Shown piece by piece: positions 52,331 to 61,800 of a DNA stretch of 64,000 nucleotides (position 1 is its first letter; each line of letters begins with the position of its first letter). This DNA comes from Mycobacteriales bacterium. GTDB taxonomy: Bacteria; Actinomycetota; Actinomycetes; Mycobacteriales; SCTD01. The stretch spans positions 9,498 through 73,497 of the forward strand of contig DASTLY010000067.1 in assembly GCA_035714445.1 (NCBI GenBank), read 5' to 3'. The translations under genes and the position numbers were made by a program. Under the pieces are notes generated by a model, which made no database searches, was not told the DNA's origin, and worked only from the letters and a program-made list of their open reading frames with translations.

Positions 52331-54049
52331 TCATGCCGCGGCCGCGTGCTGGTGGCCCCAGCCGGTGAAGTTGATCAGTCGCCCGTCGCGCAGGCGCAGG
52401 GTGCGCCCGCCCTCGTGGACGTCGTGATGATGGTGCTCGCAGACGGGCAGCAGATCCCGCAGCCGGGTCCGCCGGCTCAGCCACCACGGCTCGACGTGGT
52501 GCGGGACCGTGCGCGTGCTGGCGCAGCCGAGCACGGCGCAGGTCGGCCCCCACTGCGCACGCAGCGCCCGCCGTTCCCGCCTGCTGGCGTGCCGGTGGGT
52601 GCCGGACGCACCGACCGGGTTGCCCAGCGCGTCGAGCAGCACCGCGGCCAGGACCCCATCGCAGCCCAGCCGGCGCACCGTCTCGGTCGGTAGCGGAACC
52701 GCGCCCCGAGCGGTGGTCAGGACGCCCGGGGTGGCCCCCGGCTGGCCTTGCAGCCCGCCCAGGCTGGTCACGATCGTCAGCTGAGCCGGGCGTGGAACGC
52801 CCTGGCCCAGCCCGGCCGTGGCGTCCAGCAGCAGGGCGACAAAGGCGTCGTACAGGTTCTGCTTGCGGCTGCGCACGGCACCGAACTCGACCACGTCCGC
52901 CTCGTCAGCCGGGGCCGCCGGGTGCAGCGCCAGCACTGTCCCGCCCTGCGGAGCGCCGTCGTGGGTGACCGGGACCTCGGGGTCGCCGTCGTCGTTGTCC
53001 TGCGCGTCGTTGTCCTGCGCGTCGTCGTCCTGCGCGTCGTCGTCCGGCGCGTCGTCGTCCGGCGCGTCGTCGTCCTGCGCGTCGTCGTCCTGCGCGTCGT
53101 CGAGATCGACGTCGAGGCCGAGCTGCTCGGCGACGTGCGGATCCACCTGTCGATCGGCACCGGCGTCAGCGGCCCGGCCCTCGGGGTCAGTGGCCGGTGC
53201 CGGCTGTCCGACCATGCCTCGTAGCAGCGCCCGAACCTTCGTCTCGAGGAGCTCCGCGAGGGTCTGCCCGGCCACGTCGTCCAGGTGGATCAGCAGGTCC
53301 CAGCCGCCACTGAGGACCTTGCGCAGCCGCACGTACGTCTCGTCGTAGCCGTCCTGCCCGTCGAGCTGCTCGGGCAGCAGGGCGTCCACCAGGGCGCCCA
53401 GCGTGCTGGCCAGGTGCGCCGGCGTGACCGTCCGGGCGAGCAGGACGAACACCGGCTCGAGCCGGGCAGCGGGAGCGGAGGCCGTGTCGTCCGCGCAGGC
53501 GCGCAGCACCACGGCTGCCTCCTCCCGTCGCGCGATGAGCTCGTCCGTCACGAGGTCGTCAGCGATCAGCCCGCCGGTCCACGCCGACAGCACGTCCGGA
53601 ACCCCGTGCACCAGCAGCCCGAACAGCTGCTCGTCCGGCACGTCGGCGGGGATCCGCTCCAGGTGCGAGCAGACCAGGCTCGCGGTGGCTGCGGACAGGA
53701 CGCCCTCCCGCAGCGCGGACTCGACCACCGGGTACCTCCCGAGCTGCCGCGCCCGGCTCGCGTGCTGCCCCTCACCGCACGGCAGCGTCCGCAGCCAGCT
53801 CCGGGTGCTGCCCGCCTCATCGAGCACGAACAGCTCCCGCGCCTGGACGTCCCCGACCGCGCGCGCCGTGACCGCCGCCAGCCTCTCGGCCAACCCCAGC
53901 AGCGCCCGGGTCCGCTCCAGCGCCACCGGACCGGGGAGGTCAGCCGGAGCAGTCAGCGACACGGCGACGAACGCCGCAAGGAGTGCCGCTGTCGCCTCGT
54001 CCGGCGCTGCCTGACCAGAGGCTGGACCACGGGCACTGTCCTGGCTCAC
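52331..54049 (-). CDS. DUF222 / HNH endonuclease-domain protein with internal acidic pentapeptide repeat
   Basis: C-terminal HNH-like motif CAVLGCASTRTVPHHVEPW...LLPVCEHHHHDVH. DUF222-like N-terminal part. Internal DDAQDDDAQDDDAPDDDAPDDDAQDDDAQDNDAQDND. Confidence 0.8.
   Translation of the reverse strand: MSQDSARGPASGQAAPDEATAALLAAFVAVSLTAPADLPGPVALERTRALLGLAERLAAVTARAVGDVQARELFVLDEAGSTRSWLRTLPCGEGQHASRARQLGRYPVVESALREGVLSAATASLVCSHLERIPADVPDEQLFGLLVHGVPDVLSAWTGGLIADDLVTDELIARREEAAVVLRACADDTASAPAARLEPVFVLLARTVTPAHLASTLGALVDALLPEQLDGQDGYDETYVRLRKVLSGGWDLLIHLDDVAGQTLAELLETKVRALLRGMVGQPAPATDPEGRAADAGADRQVDPHVAEQLGLDVDLDDAQDDDAQDDDAPDDDAPDDDAQDDDAQDNDAQDNDDGDPEVPVTHDGAPQGGTVLALHPAAPADEADVVEFGAVRSRKQNLYDAFVALLLDATAGLGQGVPRPAQLTIVTSLGGLQGQPGATPGVLTTARGAVPLPTETVRRLGCDGVLAAVLLDALGNPVGASGTHRHASRRERRALRAQWGPTCAVLGCASTRTVPHHVEPWWLSRRTRLRDLLPVCEHHHHDVHEGGRTLRLRDGRLINFTGWGHQHAAAA
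52991..53100. repeat. 15-nt tandem repeat, 7 full copies plus a partial one, in frame inside the DUF222-HNH gene
   Basis: Plus-strand units: gtcgttgtcctgcgc x2, gtcgtcgtcctgcgc x1, gtcgtcgtccggcgc x2, gtcgtcgtcctgcgc x2, then gtcgtc. Read directly from the sequence. Confidence 0.9.
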
Positions 54050-54111
54050 TGCGGTCCCCCTCGAACTGGTGTTCGAAGACTACCACGCCTCCCCGCGCAC
54101 CACCAGGTGCT

Positions 54112-54432
54112 TCAGCGATCAGGTTGGCGGCCGTCAGGGGTGCCCAGCAGGCGCCCGGCGAGCAGCCAGCCGAGCGCGACGCCCAGCAGGTCGGCGACCG
54201 CGTCGTGCCAGTCGCCGTCGCGGTCCGGCAGCAGCGCCGCCTGGACGACCTCGCTCAGCGGTGCGTAGGCGCACACCAGCAGCAGCACCCGGGTCGACGA
54301 ACCGAACCGCCAGCGCGACGTGCCGGCCAGCAGGGCGAACAGCGTCCCGTGCACGAGCTTGTCGGAGTGCGGGAAGGGCGCCGCGGCGTCGCCGCTGGGC
54401 GCGAACAGGATGACAAGGCTGAGCAGCAGCAC
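54112..54432 (-). CDS. VanZ-like family membrane protein
   Basis: DKLVHGTLFALLAG...LSEVVQAALLPDRDGDWHDAVADLLGVALG is the VanZ pattern. GTG 54432 is the only canonical start before the ettA stop, so the N-terminus may be misplaced. Confidence 0.6.
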   Translation of the reverse strand: MLLLSLVILFAPSGDAAAPFPHSDKLVHGTLFALLAGTSRWRFGSSTRVLLLVCAYAPLSEVVQAALLPDRDGDWHDAVADLLGVALGWLLAGRLLGTPDGRQPDR

Positions 54433-54487
54433 GACCCCGAACGCCAGCGTGGCCTTCGGGGTCGTCGTGCTCGTCGTCGTGTCCAGC

Positions 54488-56170
<1,683 letters not shown>

Positions 56171-56236
56171 GACTCCAGCCTACGGGCGCGCCTGCGGGGC
56201 CGGCCCGGCCGACGCGGGCGCCGGCCGGGCCGCACC

Positions 56237-56716
56237 TCAGGCCGCCGCGGCGTGTTCGTCCTCCTCCTGCACGTCGAGCTCCTCGGGCCGTACGACGCCG
56301 GTGAGCGGGTCGACCAGGCCGCTCGACACCCAGGGGTCCTGGTCGGTGACCAGCGTCGGCGCCTTGACGTACGCCGCACTGCCCTTGGAGAGGTCGAGGC
56401 CGACGCTGGTGGCATCCACCTCGAGCCCGGTGCGCCGCTCGCCGCCCTCGACGTCCCAGCTCCGGGTGGTCAGCCGCCCGGTGACGACGACCCGGTCGCC
56501 CTTCTTGAGCGAGTCGGCGCAGTGCTCCGCCAGCCCACGCCAGGCGGTGACGCCGAACCAGATCGTCTCGCCGTCGCTCCAGGTGTTGGCCGCGCGGTCG
56601 AGCCGGCGCGGGGTGGCCGCGATCCGGAAGTCGGAGACCGCGACCCCGGCGGGAGTGGTGCGCTGGCGGGGCGGGCCGGCGACGTTGCCGACGACGGTGA
56701 TGAGGGGCTCGTGCAC
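56237..56716 (-). CDS. ssb: single-stranded DNA-binding protein paralogue (SsbB / Rv2478c-like)
   Basis: OB-fold pattern ITVVGNVAG...FRIAATPRR...TIWFGVTAWRGLAEHCADSLKKGDRVVVTGRL. Acidic tail EELDVQEEDEHAAAA without the canonical DDDIPF end. GTG 56716. Confidence 0.8.
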   Translation of the reverse strand: MHEPLITVVGNVAGPPRQRTTPAGVAVSDFRIAATPRRLDRAANTWSDGETIWFGVTAWRGLAEHCADSLKKGDRVVVTGRLTTRSWDVEGGERRTGLEVDATSVGLDLSKGSAAYVKAPTLVTDQDPWVSSGLVDPLTGVVRPEELDVQEEDEHAAAA

Positions 56717-56806
56717 GGGGACCTCCAGGCTCGGCCCGGTGGGAGTCACCGGCGCCTGTCGACCTTGCGGCCGGATCGACCTCGGCAGAGCGTCCGGAAG
56801 CCAGGT

Positions 56807-56834
56807 TGTGGACACCCGGCCGGGCTGTGGACAA
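56807..56834. promoter_or_regulatory. two DnaA-box-like 9-mers (TGTGGACAC and TGTGGACAA) upstream of the ssb paralogue
   Basis: TGTGGACAA (56826-56834) is the exact reverse complement of the actinobacterial DnaA-box consensus TTGTCCACA. TGTGGACAC (56807-56815) matches 8/9. A third, weaker copy GTGTCCACG lies at 56932-56940 in the opposite orientation. Confidence 0.35.
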
Positions 56835-56939
56835 CCCCTGGCGCCGGTCACCTCGCCCGAGGACCGCCCGAGACGCCGGCCGGCCGTCCTCGCGTCCCGA
56901 GCGATCATCGCCCCGGGCGCGGCTGGATACCGTGTCCAC

Positions 56940-57915
56940 GTGCATCCGGAACGGCGGGACGTGACGCTTCCGGAGGAGGGCCGTCGGGCGGGGGCCGAGC
57001 CGGCCGGCGACGTACGACGGCTGCTGGAGCTCGGCAACGAGCGGTCGGACGCAGGGGACGAGGCTGGGGCCGAACCGTACTTCCGCGCGGCTGCGCGGTC
57101 CGGGTCGGCCGCGGGGTCCTTCAACCTGGGAAATGCGCTGAAGACGCAGAAACGGCCTGCTGAGGCGGTTGCCGCATACCTGGAAGCCGGCGCGGGCGGA
57201 GTGAGCGAGGCGCTGCTGAACCTGGGTCTGGCGTACGAGGACCTACAGGACTGGCCCGCTGCGGAGGCGGCATACCGGCGAGCTCTCGTCGCCGGTGATC
57301 CACGTGCGCGCCTCTGCCTGGGCAGTCTGCTGCGCCGGCACGGGAACCCGGTGGCGGCCGAGGCGCTCTGGCGAGGCGGCGGAAGACGGGGACGGGCTCT
57401 GCGCCGGCGCCCTCGCCCGCTGGCACCTGCTCCGGGACCGGCTGGACGAGGCCGAGCCGCTGCTGCGGCAGGCCATGGCGGTCGACGACGACGCCCGCTC
57501 GGACCTCGGGCACCTGCTGCGCCGACGGGGGCACCTGGAGCAGGCGCAGCGGCTGCTTGAGCAGGGCGTCGCGAACGGACATCTCGACTCGATGATCAAG
57601 CTGGCGTTGCTGCTGGAGGAGGAACGCGGCGACGTGGGCCGAGCAGAGACCCTGCTACGGCAGGCCCTGATGGCCGGCGAGTTGTACGCGCACAACAACC
57701 TGGGCGTCCTGCTGCGTGACCGTGGCGCCGTCGTTGAAGCGCAGCAGCAGTTCCGGCTGGGCGCCGAGGGCGGCGACCGCCTCGCGGCCGACAACCTCAA
57801 GCGGCTGCACCGGACGCACCGCCGACAGCTCAACAGGGCCTATCGGGTGCGTGCCCGACCTCCGCAAGGGACAGGTCAGGGCCGGACGGTCGCAAACCCG
57901 GCGGCCCCACACTGA
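56940..57915 (+). pseudogene. Sel1/TPR-like repeat protein gene disrupted by a frameshift near 57372-57376
   Basis: Eight repeats of about 32 residues (A-E-x-x-[YLF]-R-x-A...LG..L). Repeats 1 to mid-4 are in the frame of track ORF 56169..57560. The remainder is in the +1 frame (track ORF 57295..57915). The 5' start is uncertain (GTG 56940 or 56961). Confidence 0.55.
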
Positions 57916-58013
57916 TCGTCCGGGCCGCACTCGTCGCTGCCGGGTGTTGCAAGGAGAAGCCCGACGCCCACCAGTAGCGCCACGATCAGGAGAAGCAGCA
58001 GCCATTGGTGCAT
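57876..58013 (-). CDS. possible small membrane peptide (45 aa)
   Basis: MHQWLLLLLIVALLVGVGLLLATPGSDECGPDDQCGAAGFATVRP has one TM helix and two Cys. Poor Shine-Dalgarno spacing, and it overlaps the 3' end of the TPR gene. Speculative. Confidence 0.2.
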   Translation of the reverse strand: MHQWLLLLLIVALLVGVGLLLATPGSDECGPDDQCGAAGFATVRP

Positions 58014-58060
58014 GTCCTCGAAGAACCTCACGGGGATCGGAACCCTCCTGCTCGTGCCCG

Positions 58061-58486
58061 CTAGAAGCGCTCGACCAGCCACCTCGAGAGGTCGATCAGC
58101 AGGGCGACTGCCGAGATGAGCCCGAGCACCAGGACAGTGACGAAGCCCACGACCACGGCGCAGCCGAGGACGTCACCGAGCCAGCCCTCCTTGTCGGGGG
58201 GCAAGGGCACGGCCGGCGGCAGGTGTTCCTTGACGCCCAGGCCGAGGTGTTCCTGGGAGCAGTACGCGAGGTTCACGTCCCGTGCGCCGTTCCGGGCCAC
58301 CACAAGGCTCAGCCAGCCGGGTGGAGGTTCGGCGGGCCAGGGCACGTCATCGTCGGCCGCCCACGTCCCCGTCCGCGTGCAACCGGGCAGGTCGCACGTG
58401 AACTCGTGCTCGTCCGGGTCCGCCGATGCGGTCACGTCGTCGGCGTTGCTGTCGGCAGACACTCGTACCTCGCTGTCGTCATGCAC
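58061..58486 (-). CDS. hypothetical protein with Cys/His cluster and C-terminal TM anchor
   Basis: VHDDSEV...EHEFTCDLPGCTRTG...LAYCSQEHLG... suggests a possible C-x4-C...C-x3-H zinc site. C-terminal TM helix VLGCAVVVGFVTVLVLGLISAVALLI. The GTG 58486 start is a guess inside track ORF 58061..58666. Confidence 0.45.
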   Translation of the reverse strand: MHDDSEVRVSADSNADDVTASADPDEHEFTCDLPGCTRTGTWAADDDVPWPAEPPPGWLSLVVARNGARDVNLAYCSQEHLGLGVKEHLPPAVPLPPDKEGWLGDVLGCAVVVGFVTVLVLGLISAVALLIDLSRWLVERF

Positions 58487-58727
58487 GTGTCGAGCAGGGT
58501 GGCACTTGCGGAGACACTGAGTCGTGCACGGTGTCGATCGGCAGGTCGACCCGGTGGCTTGCGCCGCGAGCCGACGGCACCGGCGACGGGGCACCCGAGA
58601 CAACCCTGTACGGCCCCGCAGGGCCTCGTCCGTGACCCGGGCAGGGGCCGGATCGGGCAGACTCACCGGCAGGAGTACCGACGGGCCGCCAGCAGGAGGG
58701 TTTCCTACCAGCTTCCCGTCAAGCCCC

Positions 58728-58801
58728 GCGCTCGTAGCTCAGCCGGATAGAGCAGCCGCCTTCTAAGCGGCAGGTCGCAGGTTCGAACCCTGCCGGGCGC
58801 A
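58728..58801 (+). tRNA. tRNA-Arg (anticodon TCT)
   Basis: Cloverleaf folded by hand. Acceptor GCGCTCG/CGGGCGC (6 WC pairs plus 1 G-U). D-arm GCTC-AGCCGGATA-GAGC. Anticodon arm GCCGC-CTTCTAA-GCGGC. Variable loop AGGTC. T-arm GCAGG-TTCGAAC-CCTGC. Discriminator A. CCA is not encoded. Confidence 0.9.
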
Positions 58802-58867
58802 CAGAAGCCGCAGTCCGCGGCGCCAGGAGGCCGGACGGCGCGCGCGCCGGGTGACAACCCCTGCCAG

Positions 58868-61800
58868 CTACGAGACTGCTGACGCCGCCGACGGTCGCAG
58901 AGCGGCGACCGCGTCCCGCAGTGCCGACGCGGCGCCTTCGTGCTCCTGGCGCAGCTGTGCGACATCGGCGGCCGTCGCTGCCACACCGCGCCGGGCGGCC
59001 TGCTCCATGGCGTGGCTGCCTGCCGCGACCCGGTGCGCCGCCACGCAGCTGCTGCTGCCGGCCAGCGCGTGCGCCAGGCGTCCGGTCTGTGCGCTGTCCC
59101 CGCCGGTCGCTGCCGCTGCGAGGTCGTCGAGCAGGTCGGGCGCCGCCGCCAGGTAGGCGTCCACGACGGCAAGGAAGCCCTGGCCGAGGGTGAGCATCTC
59201 GGCGAGCACGTCGTGGTCCAGCGCGCCGACCGGCGGCGACGGCACCGCAACCGTCAGGGAGTGCGCCGGGATCTGCCCCGGCGCCGGCGTCGTCCACCGC
59301 AGGAGCACCTCGGCCAGGGCCTCCCGCCGCAGCGGCTTGGACAGGAAGTCGTCCATGCCGGCCTCCTGGCAGTGCTGGCGGTCGACGGCCAGGGCGGAGG
59401 CCGTCAGCCCGATCACGGGGGTCGTCGCCGTCGCGCCGTCGGCTGCGCGGATGCGGCGGGTCGCCTCGAAACCGTCGAGCTGCGGCATCTGGCAGTCCAT
59501 GAGCACCGCGTCGTAGCGCCGGGCCAGGGCGCGCTCGACCGCGACCAGGCCGTCCGGGGCGAGGTCGACCACGTACCCCAGCTGTTCCAGCATCGCGGTG
59601 ACCACGCGCTGGTTGACGACGTTGTCCTCCGCCACGAGCACGCGCCCCGCCGCGACGGCCAGGCGTACGGGTGCTCCCGCTCCGGCCGCTCGGGCGCCGC
59701 CTTCGTCGTCGCCGCTGAGCAGCCCGGCGAGCCGGTCGAACAGCTGCGCCTGACGTACCGGCTTGATCAGGTAGGCCCCGATCCCTGCCCGGCGCGCCGC
59801 CGCTCGTTCGCCGCGCTGCCCGGTCGAGGTCAGCAGGGCCATGGGCAGCCGGGCCAGGTCCGGCTGGGCCCGGATGGCGGCGGCCAGCTGCAGGCCGTCC
59901 GTGCCGGGCATGTGCATGTCGAGGATCGCCACGTCGTACGGCGCCCCGAGCTGCAGCGCCCCGAGCAGCTCGTCCATCGCCGAGCGCGCGTCGGCCACGC
60001 AGGTGGGGATCAGCGACGCGGCGCTGAGGTACTCGTGCATCACGGTCAGGTTCGTCGGGTTGTCGTCGACCACCAGCACCCGGACGCCGGCCAGGCTCAG
60101 GCGGGCGGGCTCCGCAGGCACGGGGGCGGTCACGGCCGGCAGCGGCAGCTCGAAGAAGAACGTCGAGCCGGCGCCAGCGGTGCTCTCGACGTCGAGCCGG
60201 CCACCCATCAGCTCGACCAGCTGGCGGCTGATCGTCAGCCCGAGTCCGGTCCCTCCGTAGCGGCGCGTGGTCGAGGCGTCGGCCTGCTGGAACGCCTCGA
60301 ACAGCCGGGTCTGCTGCTCGGGGGTGATCCCGATCCCGGAGTCCCGGACCGACCAGCGCACCCAGCCGGGGGCGGCCGGCACCAGGTGCACCACGATCTC
60401 GCCGCGCTCGGTGTACTTCACCGCGTTGCCCACCAGGTTGCTGAGCACCTGGCGCAGGCGGTGTGGATCGCCGTGCACGTGCCGCGGCAGGGCGGGGTCG
60501 ACCCAGGCCACCACCTCCAGGCCGCGGGCCCCGGCGGTGCTGGCGAGCAGGCCGACGACCTCCTCGACCAGGGGGCGCAGCTCGAGGTCGACCGACTCGA
60601 GGTCGAGCCGACCGGCCTCGATCTTGGAGAAGTCCAGGATGTCGTCGATGACGACGAGCAGCGACTCCGCGCAGGAGCCGACCGTCTCGACGTAGTCGCG
60701 CTGCAGGGGATCGAGGTCGGTGTCCTGCAGCAGGGTCGTCATGCCGAGGACGCCGTTCATCGGGGTGCGGATCTCGTGGCTCATGTTCGCCACGAACTCC
60801 GACTTCAGCCGCGAGGCCACCAGGGCGCCCTCGTGCGCGTCGGCCAGCACCCGCTCCTGCTGCTTGACCTGCGTGAGGTCGCGGACAAAGGCGCTGAAGG
60901 AGGGCGCGGTGGCCGTGCCGCTGGGCCACAGGGTGATCTCCGCGGGGAACTGGTGCCCGTCGGCGTGCAGCGCCTCGACCTCGGTGCGCAGCCCCAGCAG
61001 CCGCCCTGCGCCACCGGCGCCGACCCGGGCCACCCCGGCGCGGTGGGCGGCGCGGGAGCCGACCGGCACGACCAGCTCGGCGAGGTCGGCGCCGAGCGCG
61101 GCGTCCCGGTGGTGACCGAAGACCGCCGTCGCCTGCTCGTTCCACCCGGTCACCAGGCCGTCGCCGTCAATGGACACGTAGGCGTCACCGGCGGCCTCCA
61201 GGACGCCGCTGAGGTGCCCCTCGCGCTCGCCGAGCGTGACCTCCACGATCCGCCGCCGGCTGTCGGCGCGCACCGCGAGGACGAGCCCGATGAGCAGCAG
61301 CTGCGCTAGCAGGACGGCCGCGGCGACGACCCGGGCCGCCAGCGCCGTGGCCGCGGACAGCGCGCGACTGGTCGGCAGCTCGGCGACCACGGCCCAGCCG
61401 AGCTCGCCGACGGTGCGGTACGACACCAGCCCGGCGCCGTTCCCCGACCCGAGGTGCAGGGTGGCGGCCGGCTCCTCCAGCGCCGCCCGGACGAGGCTGT
61501 CCAGGGGGGTGCTGAGGCTGCCGCGACCGCCCTGTCCGCCCGCCAGCAGCTGGCCCTGCTGGTCCGCCACGGCGAGGTGGACGCCCTGCAGCTCCGCGAG
61601 ACGGTCGGAGAACGCGCTGATGGCGTCGAGGCGGTAGCCGACCGTGACGACCCCCACGAGCCGGCCCTCGTCCCGGACGGCCGCACTCACCCCGACGGCC
61701 CGCGGGCTGCCGGCGGTCACGGCGGTGAAGGCCGGCGAGACGAACGCGGCGTCGGAGCCGACCGCGCCCTTGTAGTAGTCCCGGAAGGAGAAGTCCCGAC

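Noticed and set aside
52991-53100. Possible CRISPR array
   Set aside because: The units are 15 nt, directly abutting with no spacers, in frame inside a protein gene. There are no cas genes in the window.
56717-56940. Chromosomal replication origin (oriC) because of the DnaA boxes
   Set aside because: There are only three boxes, with no AT-rich unwinding element and no dnaA, dnaN, rpmH or parAB genes nearby. It is more likely a regulatory or titration site.
58728-58867. Integrated prophage or ICE at tRNA-Arg(TCT)
   Set aside because: I could find no integrase, excisionase, phage structural genes or direct repeat of the tRNA 3' end. Only a compositional dip on the 5' side is present, which is reported separately at low interest.
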